Positions 1 through 12,049 of a DNA stretch of 64,000 nt are shown in pieces. Made by a program: the position numbers and the translations under genes. The first letter of the stretch is position 1; each line of letters starts with the position of its first letter. Source of the DNA: Chiloscyllium plagiosum (lineage: Eukaryota); assembly GCF_004010195.1 (NCBI RefSeq), contig NC_057749.1:18656487-18720486 (forward strand), in the 5' to 3' direction. Below the pieces are notes generated by a model. That model was given only the letters and a program-made list of their open reading frames with translations. It did no database searches and had not been told where the DNA came from.

Positions 1-216
1 GGAGTGGTGTTGGACTGGGTTGGGGCGAGGCAGAGTTGGATGGGGTTGAGGCAGGACGGGGTGTGATGTTGGGGTCGGGGTGATGTTGGGGGCGGGGGCT
101 CACATGCTGTGTGATGCTGCAGTCTCCTGAATGGGGAGCAGACTTTAAAACTCCGCGCCCCAGATTAGCTGAATAATGCCCACCCATCTCGTTCGGATAA
201 TCAAGGTTCCCCTGTA
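1..216. mobile_element. Right end of a pogo/Tigger-like DNA transposon or MITE
   Basis: Ends CGGATAATCAAGGTTCCCCTG|TA, i.e. reverse complement TA|CAGGGGAACCTTGATTATCCG, a pogo-type TIR with TA target; partner end not in window. Confidence 0.5.
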
Positions 217-248
217 CCACTATCCAACACACTACTTAAAAATATACA

Positions 249-381
249 TGATTCCTGATGATGGGCTTTTACCTGAAACGTCGATTTTGCTGCTCCTCGG
301 ATGCTGTCTGACCGGCTGTGCTTTTCCAGCACCACCTAATCTTGATTCTGATCTCCAGAATCTGCAGTCATTGTTTTTAAC
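249..381 (+). mobile_element. Short Penelope-derived element, family A, with degenerate hammerhead core
   Basis: CTGATGA-T-GGGC-TTTT-ACCT-GAAACGTC; 14-bp TSD CTTAAAAATATACA at 235-248 and 382-395. Confidence 0.75.
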
Positions 382-624
382 CTTAAAAATATACAAGCCT
401 GTTGACCAGCTCCACCTAGTGGCAGAATGTACTCAGTGCGGGCAGCTTCAGCAACCAAGCAACCTCTGCCACCAGATCAAGCTCAGGAGATGGGATTGGT
501 GTTAAAGGTGAAGTGAGTGCCATAATGGGGGCAGGGGGAGGAAGGAGTTGCAGGGTGGTGAAAGCGAGGCTTTGCAGGAGGTAACCTCATAGAGAGACAT
601 TGCCAGAAACAACAGAATGTAAAG

Positions 625-807
625 TTAAAAATCACACCACCCCAGGTTATAGTCCAACAGGTTTAATTGGAAGCACACTAGCTTCCCTGATGAAGGAGCG
701 TCCCTCCGAAAGCTAGTGTGCTTCCAATTAAACCTGTTGGACTATAACCTGGTGTTGTGATTTTTAACTTTGTACACCCCAGTCCAACACCGGCATCTCC
801 AAATCAT
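625..807 (+). mobile_element. Palindromic Penelope-derived element, family B, with minimal hammerhead
   Basis: ~63-bp inverted arms (621-684 / 710-771) around CTGATGA-A-GGAG-cgtcc-CTCC-GAAA-GC-TA (687-715); 14-bp TSD AACAGAATGTAAAG at 611-624 and 808-821. Confidence 0.8.
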
Positions 808-1972
808 AACAGAATGTAAAGAAGCCCAAGAAATAATAATGTAAGTTAGGAATGTCAATGCAATCCAAGGAAACAGCCCTTAAATATAGAAAGTTAACAA
901 CAAATTACATTTAAGCAGGGTCACTTAAAGTGTTGATTTATTGCATTACCAAAAGAGGGACCTTGTGTGTGTGGAGCAGAAGACCATTGAAATAGCTTTT
1001 GATTAATATTTTGCATCAGTTTTCACACAATGAGGAACAATACGGAAATTGCAATAAGTGAACAGGAGTGTTCAATATTAGATTAAATTAAGACCTTGAG
1101 AAATACACAATGAAGAGGTTCAATGTCTTCAAACAAAAATTAACTGGCAGGCCAGGACATGTCCTAGGTTGTTCAGGAAAAGCTAACAAAGGAAATGGAG
1201 ACTCTGGTGATCCATTTCCAATCCTCTCTGACTGCAGATGTGCAACCAGAAGGGGCTGGAGCTAATATTTAAAAAAGGAAGAAAGAATAGACCAGGTAAT
1301 TACAGACTAGTCAATGTAACCTCACTGGTGATTTAAAAAAAGAGTGAAAAATACTTCTCAGGACAGGATATTTTTCATTCAGAAAGACATGGAGTACTCA
1401 AAGACAGTCAACACAGATTTATCTTTGATTAACATCACTGGACCTATGCAGGTCTTCAGGGACCTGCATAGCCTTTGACAATAGCACTGCCTCCCACTCA
1501 GTCAGGCATTCAGAGACTCAATATCCCAGACATTCATCCTTTTATGTTAGCCAAGTCTCCCTGATTGGACCAGATTAACTGCACAATCTAATGGGAGGTT
1601 CTCCATTTGGGGAAGGCTAACAAATGGATGTATAACAAATTAATACAAAATACATAACTTAATGATCAGGACCATGAAGCATAGATAAAAGAAAATCCTA
1701 GAAGTGTACGTTTACAGCTCACTTAAACTGGCTGGATAGATAAGATGATCAAGAAGGCATCCAGGATCATCTGTATGAGGCACAGAATGCAAGATTAGAG
1801 TGGTTATGCTGGAACTGAAAAAAAACATTGCTTAGGCCACTGCTGCAGAACAGTGTACAGCTTGAATCACCACAGTTTGAAATGATGCAATCAGACTGGA
1901 CAGTGTCTGGAGGAGATATGAGGATGTTACCTAGGCTGAGGAATTTTAATTATGAGGTAAGATTGGACAGAT

Positions 1973-2285
1973 AGGGCGGCACGGTGGCTCAATGGTTAGC
2001 ACTGCTGCCTCACAGCACCAGGGCCCCAGATTCGATTCCAGCCTTGGGCGGTGTGGAGTTTTCACATTCTCCCAGTGTCTGCATACGTTTCCTCCGGGTG
2101 CTCTGGTTTCCTCCCACAATCCAGAAGTGTGCAGGTAAGGTGAACTGGCCTTGCAAAATTGCCTGTAGTGCGAGGTGCATTAGTCAGAGGGAAATGGGTC
2201 AGAGTGGGTTACTCTTCGAAGGGTTGGTGTGGACCGGTTGGGCTGAAGGGCCTGTTTCCACACTGTAGGTAATTTAATCTAATCT
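1973..2285 (+). mobile_element. HE1-like tRNA-derived V-SINE
   Basis: GGGCGGCACGGTGGCTCAATGGTTAGCACTGCTGCCTCACAGC head with A/B boxes, V-domain body, CR1-like tail GGGCCTGTTTCCACACTGT plus (AATCT)n. Confidence 0.85.
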
Positions 2286-2596
2286 TTCTTTTGAACAGAG
2301 AAGAATGTATTGCAGTTATTAACGGGTACAGATACAGGAAATAGGAAGGACCTATTTCTCTTTTATGAGGGGTTAATAACAAGGGTGGAGGCACAGACCT
2401 AAATCTACAGAATTCAATGGAATTCTTTTTGCCCAGAGTTAGTCATGGTCTGAAATCCACTATCTGAATAAGTTGAGAGAGACAACACTCACAGCATTTT
2501 AGTAGCACGTATCCAAGCAGGGATTAGGAATATGCATTTCAAGTGTCACAACCTCCACAATTACAGACCAAGAGCAGCACAATGGGATTAGACTGG

Positions 2597-3048
2597 ATTA
2601 AAGCAAATTACTGCGGATGCTGGAATCTGAAACCAAAAGAGAAAATGCTGGAAAATCTCAGCAGGTCTGGCAGCATCTGTAAGGAGAGAAAAGAGCTGAC
2701 GTTTCGAGTCTAACTGACCCTTCTCTCAGGAGAAAGTGAGGACTACAGATGCTGGAGATCAGAGCTGAAAATGTGTTGCTGGAAAAGCGCAGCAGGTCAG
2801 GCAGCATCCAAGGAGCAGGAGAATCGACGTTTCGGGCATAAACCCTTCTTCAGGATTCCTGAAGAAGGGCTTATGCCCGAAACGTCGATTCTCCTGACCC
2901 TTCTCTCAGCCTAATATAAATACCTTCCTATTTCTCCCTTTTTTTTAGCTGAGACAAAGGGTCAGTTAGACTCGAAACGTCAGCTCTTTTCTCTCCTTAC
3001 AGATGCTGCCAGACCTGCTGAGATTTTCCAGCACGTTCTCTTTTGGTT
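2597..3048. mobile_element. Palindromic Penelope-derived element (family C) with a nested family-A palindrome at 2730-2893
   Basis: Outer inverted arms ~2631-2722 / 2957-3048; outer TSD AATGGGATTAGACTGG (2581-2596, 3049-3064); inner TSD CTGACCCTTCTCTCAG (2714-2729, 2894-2909). Confidence 0.85.
2859..2886 (+). ncRNA. Minimal type-I hammerhead ribozyme core (mirror copy on minus strand at 2826-2853)
   Basis: CTGAAGA-A-GGGC-TTAT-GCCC-GAAA-CG-TC: CUGANGA, 4-bp stem II, GAAA, palindromic CG, GUC triplet. Activity untested. Confidence 0.7.
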
Positions 3049-3530
3049 AATGGGATTAGACTGGCTGGCTACTTGTGGGCCAGTGTAAACATGATGAACC
3101 AAGCGGCACCTTGCCGTGCTGCAAATTTCTATGATTTCTAAAGTCAAACTTATTTGTGTAATTAAGAACACACTTTTGTAATTTGCCTTTTTTTTGGGGT
3201 TAGAATTTTCTCAATGTACTCTTATCAGCTGGAATGATAAGTTCAATATCAGAATCAGAATGAGGTCACATGAAGATGACCTATTTAGGAGCGAATGGAC
3301 TGAACAAGGCTTCAAACTGACAGCCAGTTGTGTCTATTGGGTGACATTAAAGGTTATACTTGATTGGAAGCAGCAATGCCTTCAAAGGTTTCCAAAATCC
3401 ATGTGAATTCAAATTCCCTCTGCCTTGCCGGTGTTATTTTCATATCATTGAGTGGCATCGTCAAGGTCACGCTTGATCTAATTGTACATTGAACATTGAC
3501 AACTTGTGAAGTGCAGCGTATGGTGTTTAC

Positions 3531-3724
3531 CTTTTAATGCCTCTTACAAGTAGGGAAGCCCAAGGCTGATGCATACTGAGACACATCCCATCATCAGACA
3601 TCTCCAACAGCTCCCGGTCCTGAATCCGCAAACGGTTCCGTTCAGAGGCAATGTCACTGACTCTGTTCTGCAAGTGATTATCGCCCCCTCTCCTATGAGC
3701 ACCTGGTCCTGTCAGTTCCACATA
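3531..3724 (-). CDS. TRIP4: TRIP4 coding exon 9 (194 nt), start of ASCH domain
   Basis: YVELTG...RLRIQDRELLEMSDDGMCLSMHQPWASLLVRGIK(R), the ASCH motif LS.HQPWASLLV.GIKR; acceptor ttatctatgcag, donor AAG|GTAAAC. Downstream exons (VEGR...) were not found in 1-3530, so they lie beyond the window. Confidence 0.96.
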
Positions 3725-3919
3725 CTGCATAGATAAGATAAAGCATGAGCACTAATGTACAGTCCAGACAGAGAAAGATACAGATGTGGATATGAAAGTT
3801 GACCAAGGAACAAATAAATTACAACGCAGAAGGAAACCATTCTCCATATCAACTGATCCCAGATTTGTTCCATTTCTTGTTCTTCAAGTACTTCTCAAAT
3901 TTCCATTTTTTTTAAATAA

Positions 3920-4470
3920 AAGCAAAATACTGCTGAAAATCAGAAAGAAAAACAGAAGGGGAGTCCAGAACTAGAGGGCATAGGTTTAGGGTGAGAGGGG
4001 AAAGATATAAAAGAGATCTAAGGGCAACTTTTTCACGCAGAAGGTAGTACGTGTATGGAATGAGCTACCAGAGGATATGATGGAGGCTGGTACAATTGCA
4101 ACATTTAAGAGGCATCTGGATGGGTATATGAATAGGAAGGGTTTGGAGGGATATGGGCCGGGTGCTGGCAGGTGGGACTAGATTGGGTTGGGATATCTGG
4201 TTGGCATGGTTGGGTTGGACCAAAGGGTCTGTTTCCATGCTGTACATCTCTATGATTCTAAGTGCTGGAGAAATTCAGCAGGTTTGCCAGTGTATGTGGA
4301 GACAGAAACAGAGGTAACATTTCAAACCCAGTGTAGCTCTACTTCAGAAGTGATTCAAAATTCTGAAGAAGCATCGGACCAGACTCAAAACATTAACGCT
4401 GTCTTTCTCTCCTCAGATGCTGCCAGTCCTGCTGAATGTTTCCAGCTTTTTCTGCCTTTGTTCCAATTTT
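3920..4470. mobile_element. Degenerate palindromic Penelope-derived element containing a CR1 3' tail (3959-4260, +)
   Basis: Inverted arms around TTCTGAAGAAG...GACTCAAAACATTAAC (decayed hammerhead); the CR1 tail ends CTCTATGATTCT. Confidence 0.6.
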
Positions 4471-5864
4471 AAAACATGGGTAAACAATTGGTAATTTGTT
4501 ACGATACACATCACCACTGGGAGGATAATGGGTTCCACCTCCTTAAAAGCAACTAAGTGATTTGCTTGGTTACTTCAGATAGCAACAAGGAGTCAACCAT
4601 ATTGCTGAGAGTCTGGAATCACATACTGTGGACTCGGTAAAGGTAGCAGATTTCCAATTCTAAAAAGGTGCATTACAAGTTTTGCAACAATCCAATAGTT
4701 TCATCCTTACTTTTGTCGACAGTAGCTTTTATTCCCAAATTACTAATCCTTTAGCTAATAAAGTGGGATTTGACCCAATGCCCCCAAAGCATCAGCATTG
4801 GCCTCTGGAGTATCCAATGACATTGCCATTACGTCATCGTCTCCCAAATGAAGATTTCAAGTGATGGACAAAAGACACGAGATGATAAGAGGAAAATAAC
4901 TCTTCACACAACAGTGGCCAGGATGTAGAAGATACTACCTGACAGGGTCGTGGATGCAGATTTAAAAGTAGCTATCCAAAGACATAGACCTGAATGAGAA
5001 AGGAATGACAATGATATGGGAAAAGAGTGGGAGGGGAGGGGGTGGGGTAGGGGAGGAGGGTGTTGAACAGCAGGTGGGGAAGAGAGAATGGGACTAACTA
5101 GAAGCAGATGAATGTTCAGAAGAAACCTTTTCAAATAGCAAATTAGATCTGAATGCATTGCCTGAAAATGTGGCAGATGCAGGTTCAATTGAAGTGCTCA
5201 AGAAAGCATTGGATAATTAATTTCAGTAGAAACAATGTGCTGGGTTATGTGAAAAGTCAGGGGTTTGGCACTAAATTAATGTGCTCAGGGAACCAGTGCT
5301 GACATAATAGGCCAATTAGTCTGTACTGCACAATAACTATCTTGTGATATCTTGAAGAACTCGCCTATTTTCGTGCTGTACTATTCTCTAACTTTATTCT
5401 TTATTCATATCACCCTGATCAGAACTTTTGTTTGATGAAAGCCATGTTCATTATGAGGGAACTGATTTGTACGGCTATGAGGAGACAGCAGGGGAGCAGG
5501 AAAAACCAGGACAGGCACTACAGGCTGAATGGCCACCTCCTGTACCGTAGTATTCACTCCTCTTCAACTATTCAATTATATCCAGAATAGGAGCTTGCTC
5601 AAAGGCTTTAAGACACACCATCTTTTCTTTTTGCTCCAGATAAATCCTGTCTACAATTAAATGTGGAATTACCATACACCAAAATAGCATAAAAAATTCC
5701 TTCAGTTCTATCACTGGCTAAAGCACTTGTTTTGTGGGAAACCTTCATCCAATGGCAATGCCAGTTCTTAGCATACAATAAAATTTACCAGAGATGTTGG
5801 TTTTGACTACCAAATACATTGATCAATAACAGTCATTCAATTAGACTTTGTAGTTAACACTTAC

Positions 5865-5991
5865 AACGGGGACACATTCAGCGATATTGGGATTGACCAA
5901 TTCACCCAAGTGTTGTTTGCTTCTTTTGATCTGTTCACTGGAATTGTTATCCTGAGATTCAGACTTCATTTCTTGCACTAGATCATCCAGT
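5865..5991 (-). CDS. TRIP4: TRIP4 coding exon 8 (127 nt)
   Basis: RLDDLVQEMKSESQDNNSSEQIKRSKQHLGELVNPNIAECVPV (conserved RLD...LG.LVNPN); acceptor ttttcaaacag, donor GTT|GTAAGT; phase 2 to 0. Confidence 0.9.
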
Positions 5992-7271
5992 CTGTTTGAA
6001 AAGATAAAAAAAAATACAATAAATGATACAGCCACCCAAAGAAAAGAACTCCAATCATGGAAGGCATATGGGACGGAGGATATCCAGCAGTCTGAGCAAA
6101 CCCTTTAGTCGTACCTCGACCTAAAACACAAGTGAAGCAGGAAGTGCTACAAACCCATGACAGTAAGGAAATTCAGGAAAGTAAATGTTCTCACTTCGTG
6201 CTCAAGCATTTCAATATGTTCACTGGTTTGCATTAGATGCTGAAATTTATTAGCAATTAAATCTTGGTAATTTAAGGTAAACGAGGCAGCGCCACAGGTT
6301 TTGGATCAAGACCCAGATAAAGTGGATATATTGTTGTTTTTGTACCACTGTTCAGGCAGGTAAATACTAAATTTGCCAACAGCTCCTAGGAAGCTGAGCC
6401 AATGGAGCATAGAATTGACAACTTGATGCTAGAAACTATGAGCAAAGAAATAGGACCAAGTAGATTGCCCTTTCAAAGAGATACCATAAACATAATAAAC
6501 AAAATGGTTTCCTTGTGTAATATATGAAAATAAAATCATAAACTAGGAGTCAGACAGTCACAATTGTTTCACTGATATTCCAATATTTCAAAATCAGTTC
6601 TGAAACACAAACAGAGAAAATTCTCCTGCCCAGGCATCCCAAGAGTCTCATACAAAGGAGCTTGTCAATATGCACTTCAAGTGCAAATTTGTGTGGTCAT
6701 TCAAGGATCACCCTGAGGGAGTGATGCTTGCTGTAAAAGAGAATTACAGGTGATTGCATCTCAAACCATCAAAATGTAAAATTAAGTATCCCAAACCATC
6801 TGTCGTTTCAAATCAATATATGCTGTGAATGCTATTACAGAATCTGAGAGTCAGCTCAAAACCACATTGTCCTTTAACAACTGCTGCACTGATGACCTGA
6901 AGATTACAGTCGAGGTTGAACACTACATCAGTGTCAGTTCACAGCAATCCCCATCCTTTTTAATTTGAAAAAGTAAGTAATCTCCAACCATGAAAGGGAC
7001 ATCTATCTTAGATCTCCCTTTTATAGATTTTATGTTGCAGTCCAGCTAGCAACTAAAATGCCCACTAAAGACATTTCAAGATAGACCTGGGAATTAATCA
7101 ATCAAATGGCCATTATGCTATAGCACTATTCTGCATATAACCTCTCCACTCACAAAGCAATCTTGTTCACTCTACTGCTGCAATGTTGAATTTTCAACAG
7201 GACTGCACTTTATAAATAGATAACGGGTGAGATTTAGAACACTCGCTATCCTAATTTATCATAGTGGGAAA

Positions 7272-8040
7272 ACCATAAAATATAGGAAAATAATTAGTCC
7301 ATTCAGCCCATTCACTCTGCTCCAACAATTGATCATGGCTGATGTTTCTCAACCCTATTCTCCTGCATTCTCCCTGTAACCCTTCATCCCATTTCTAATC
7401 AAGAACCTATTTATCTCCATCTTAAATAAATTCAATGACTTGGCCTGCACAGCCTTTTGTGGTAATGAGATCCACAGATTCACCATCTTCTGGCTGAAAA
7501 GATTCCTCATCTCTGTTCTAAAGAGTCAATTCTTCATGAAGGCTGTGCCCGAGGGTTACAGTCTCTCCTACAGTGAAAGCACCTTCTCTAAATCCACTCT
7601 ATTCAGGCCTCTCAGTATTGTCAGTTTCAACAAGGTCCACCCTCATCCTTCTACAGACCGAAAGTTCTCAACTGCTCCTCCGTAATGATCAGCCCTTCAT
7701 TCCGTGATCGCTCTTGTAAACCTCCTCTGGAACCCCCCACCAAGGCTAGCACACCCTTCCCAGACAGTGGGCCCAAAACTGCTCAGAATATTCTAAATGG
7801 GTCGAGTCTGCAATACGGTTAGGGTTATACAGCCTTTTACAGCCTCAGCAGTACATATCTGCTTTTGTATTCTAGATCTCGCAAGATGTCTGTTAACACT
7901 GCATTTGCCTTCCGAACCACCAACTGAACCTTGCCCAGTTTTGGTTCTGCTTTCTAACTTAGCCCCTCGCTGCTCGCATTTCCTCAGTAAAGCCTCTTTC
8001 CACTTTCTACCTATGTTATTGGTACCTACAGAAATCAAGG
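7272..8040 (-). mobile_element. CR1 LINE fragments (3' tail and ORF1 esterase piece)
   Basis: Reverse-strand CR1 tail; 7935-8040 translates SVGTNNIGRKWKEALLRKCEQRGAKLESRTK, the SGNH-esterase block of CR1 ORF1. Confidence 0.6.
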
Positions 8041-8999
8041 ACAATGAAGAGAAATTATCAACAAATTGTCCCCGATTGGTCTTGGGCTGTGTAAGAATGA
8101 TCTTGGATGGACGATAAATGTGCCCATCCTCATTGGCTTGGGGAGCAGAAAGAGTATTACAAAATGGTGCTCCAGTGTAAACTTAAAGTAGAGTGCATAT
8201 CATTGATGTAACCGTGATTTACTTTATTTCTATCTGGGAGTACACTAATGCAGAATCTCAGACTTGCAAGTATTCTGTCTCATCAGTCAACAGAAGGCTG
8301 TGAGAAATTCAAGGTTGGACTGCCAGAGGTGATGGCTTTTGAACATCCAAGAGGTTACCTTTGACCTGAAACTGAACTGGACCAAATAACAACTGTAGTT
8401 ACTAAAGCAGGTCAGAAGTTGGGAATTACGTGGCAAGTGACTCAACTCCCGAGTCCTCAAACCCCACCCAGAAGGCACAAGTCAGGAGTGAGAGGAAGGC
8501 TTTCAAATTACCTTTTTGAGTGTAGCTCCAACAAGACACAAGAGACTCAACATTAACTAGGACAAACATACAACTAGGACAAAGGTACCCTTCTCCCATC
8601 TCCATTCACTCCTTTCATAACTTGCACAAAGTAGCAGCAAAGTATCTACAAGATGCACTGCTGCAACTCACCAAAGCTCCTTCAACAGCAACGTCCAATT
8701 CAACTATCCCTCAAACGTTAAAGGACAAAGCTAGCAGATGCATCAGAACATCATCAGCAAGATTCCCTGTAAACTACACACCAGCCTAATTCAAGACTAT
8801 TTCACCAGTCCTTTGCAGTTTCTGGATCAAAATGCTGGAACTCCCTAACAGGACTGTAGGTTTACACAAACTGCTGTGATTAAGAAGGGTGACCTTCAGG
8901 TCAGACCCATTTAGAATATTCTTGATCTTCAACCTTCTCAAGGACAATTAGGGAAGGGCAACAAACCGGTCATCAACACATGTATCCAAAGAACAGATT

Positions 9000-9260
9000 T
9001 TAATGAAATCAAGACATTAAACCGAGAGTCCATCTGCCCTCTGTGGTAAACATAAAAGAGCTGAAGGCATTGTTTGTGAACAGCAGCACAGGAGATCACT
9101 CGAGTGTACAAAACTAATCCTTTATCAACGTTACAAAAAAATCCTCAATTATCATATTGTTGTTTGGAGAAGCTTGCTATATGCAAATTGGCTGTTGCAT
9201 TTCGTTCATTAGTTTTGTTCTTCAAAACATCCTGCACACCCTTCAGGTACTGCAGGACAT
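9000..9260 (+). mobile_element. Deu-domain SINE (SacSINE1/AmnSINE1-like) fragment; related pieces ~21110-21290(-), 24960-25150(+), 48560-48918(-)
   Basis: Resembles the Deu core (TTAAACCGAG..CCATCTGCCCTCT..GGT..ACATAAAAGA; TTGTTGTTTGG.GA.GCTTGCT.T..GCAAATTGGCTG) as recalled; not database-checked. Confidence 0.5.
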
Positions 9261-9504
9261 CTTGAAGTCATGATGACATGATTTTAGCTTTTCTCTTTTA
9301 AAACTTTTTATCCCTTCCTACCTTCACCTCTTTATCCATTCATCCTCTTCCCATAGAAAGAATGTCTGCATGTGTTCAGAGATTCTCGGGTTACCAATTC
9401 CTGGAACGGGTAGGACTGATGCATGAAGAAGACTGGATCAATTCAAACTATATTCATTGGAATTTCGAAGAATGAAGTGGGGACCTCATGAAAACCTTCA
9501 GAAG

Positions 9505-11250
9505 TCCAATAAGACCAGACAGGGTAAATACAAAAAGGATTTGAAGAGGTCTGTAATCTGAATTTGGAGAGGCAAGAAATGATTAGGGATAGTGAGCACA
9601 GTTTTGTGCGAGGTAAATGGTGTCTCACAAACTTGATTGAGTTTTTTGAGGAACTAATCAAGAAGAATGATGAGGGCAGAGTCGTAGACATTGTTTACTT
9701 GGACATTAGTAAAGCCTTTGACAAAGTTCCACGATAGACTAATTAGCAATGTTAGATCATATGTGATTCAGGGTGGGCTTACCAACTGGATACAAAATTG
9801 TCTTAATAGCAGGAGACGAGAGTGATGGTGGAGGATTGTTTTTCGGACTGGAGGCCTGTGAACAGCGGTGTTCCACAAGGATCAGTGCTGGGTCCACTTT
9901 TGTTTGTCATTTACATAAATGATTCAGATGAAAATATAAAAAGCATGGTTAGTAAATTTGCAGATGACATCAAGTTGAGGTTCTGGATGTAGGTTTCGCC
10001 ACTGAGCTGGAAGGTTCATTTTCAGGCGTTTTATCACCACACTAAGGTAACACCTTCCGTGAGCCTCCGAATGAAGCATTGATGGTGTAGCCCGATTTCT
10101 ATTTATAGAGATGAGTTTCCTAGGGTTGGTGACATCATTTCATATTGTAATGTCATTTCCTGTTCTTTTTCTCAGGGGGTGGTAAATGGATTCAAGTCAG
10201 TGTGTTTGTTGATAAGAGTTCTGGTTAGAATGCCATGGTTTTAGGAATTCTCGTGCGTGTCTGTATTTGGCTTGTCTTAGGACAGATGTGTCGTCCCAGT
10301 CAAAGTGGTGTCCTTCCTTATCTGTATGTAAGGATACTAGTGAGACTATCTAGTAATACGTGAAGACCATCAATAAAACGCTTACTGGCATAAAATGACG
10401 TCACCAACCCTAGGAAACTCAAACATATAAATAGAAAGCGGGCTGCACCACCATTGCTTAATTCGGAAGCTCACGGATGATGTTACCTAGTATGGTGACG
10501 AAACATCTGAAAACAAACCTTTGGGCTCAGCGAGCAAACCTACATCCATCACAACAAGATTAGTGATATAGTGCACTGTGAAGAAATTTACCTAAGATCA
10601 CAAAGAGATCTTGACCAATTAGATCAATGGGTTGAACAGTGGCAAATAGAGTTTAATTCGGATAAATGCAAGGTATTGCATTTTGGTAAAACAAAGACAG
10701 GACTTATACAATTAAATCTAGGGCATTAGGTACTGTTATAGAACAGAGAGACTTAGGGATTCAGGTGCATAATTCTTTGATGTTGCCTCACATGTAGACA
10801 GGGTGGGCAAGAAGGCGTTTAGCACACTTGCCTGCATTGCTCAGTCCTTTGGGTAAAGAAGTTGGGATGTTAAGGTAGTACAGGACATTGGTGAGGCCTG
10901 TTCTGTAGTACTATGTTCAGTTCTTGTCGTGTTGTTATAGGAAGGATATTATTAAGCTGGAGATGGTTCAGAAGAGATTAACCAAGATGTTGCCAGGAAT
11001 GGAGTGTTTGAGTTATAAGAAGAGGCTGGATTGGCTGGACTCTTTTCCACTGGAGCGTAGGAGGTTAAGCAGTCACCTTATAGAATCACAAGAGGTACAG
11101 ATAAAGTGAATGGGAAGTGTCTTTTCCATGTGTGGGGGATTTCAAGAGTAGGGGGCATTTTTTTTTTTAAGGTGAGAGGAGAAAGAATTAAAAAGACACA
11201 TGGGGATTTTTGTTTTACACAGAGAGAGTGATTCATGTGTGGAATGAACT
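9505..11250 (+). mobile_element. CR1 LINE ORF2 3' part (RT and tail), interrupted by a Penelope element
   Basis: CLTNLIEFFEE...VDIVYLDISKAFDKVP, SGVPQGSVLGPLLFVIYIND, KFADD motifs with stops and frameshifts. Confidence 0.9.
9984..10548. mobile_element. Penelope-like element: inverted pLTR arms plus GIY-YIG C-terminus
   Basis: ~160-bp inverted arms (9984-10140 / 10392-10548); minus strand 10200-10345 gives SLVSLHTDKEGHHFDWDDTSVLRQAKYRHAREFL; decayed hammerhead CGGATGA-T-GTTACC-tagtat-GGTGAC-GAAACATC at 10474-10507. Confidence 0.85.
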
Positions 11251-12049
11251 CAAACTCTCCAGTTCTGAGAACATCCTTTTAAGTCTTTTCTGTGTCCTCT
11301 CCAGTTTAATTACATCATTCCTATAGCCAAACTGTACACAGTTCTCCAAAAGCAGCCTCACCAACAATCTGAAGTCCCCACCTGCTTCAAGAAGACCACC
11401 ATCATCCTCGTGACAATGAAAAACTATGTAGCGTGCCTCAATGACGATCTCCCGGTAGCTCTGACCTCCATAATTATGAAGTGCTTCGAGAGGTTAGTCA
11501 TGGCTCACAATAACTCCAGGCTTCCAAATTACCTTGATCCTTTGCAACTCACCTACTGACACAACAGGTCCATGGCAGACATCATCTCCCTGGAACATCC
11601 GGACAACAAGGATACCAATGTCAGGCTCCTATTTATTGACTACAGCTCTTCCTTCAACACAATTCCAAACAAACTCATCTCTAAACTCAGAGCTAGGTCT
11701 TGGCTCTCCCCTCTGTAACTGGATCCTTGACTTGGTGACCCATAGATCGTAAACACTAAGTCTAGGCGACAACACCTCCTTCACCAACATCCTCAACACT
11801 GGTGCCCAATAAGGCTGCATAGTCAGTCAGTCCTTCACTGTACTCCGTACACACTCATGACTGCGTTGCCAAATTTTGCCCTAACCCCATTTACAAGTTT
11901 GCTGACACCCCCACCATTGTAGGTCAGATCTGAAAACAATGAGACAGACTACAAGAAAGAGACTGAGTGCTTAGCAGCATGGTGTAAAGACAAAAATCTC
12001 TCCATCAATGTCAATAAAACCAAGAAGCTGGTTTTTAAACTGAAGGAAG

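Larger units (their letters stand above)
900..3140 (+). mobile_element. Old decayed CR1 LINE, interrupted by a SINE and hammerhead elements
   Basis: Degenerate CR1 ORF2 pieces (e.g. PGNYRLVNVTSLV at ~1291-1330) and CR1-like 3' tail at 2290-2596 and 3065-3140. Confidence 0.55.

Noticed and set aside
621..771. Palindromic elements as DNA-transposon MITEs or miRNA hairpins
   Set aside because: Arms are asymmetric, TSD length varies (9-16 bp) and a hammerhead core sits at the centre, which fits Penelope-type retrotransposition better.
1973..2050. tRNA genes at SINE heads (also ~33430-33497, 36300-36370, 52398-52455)
   Set aside because: A/B boxes run into SINE body and LINE-like tail; no complete cloverleaf or terminator.
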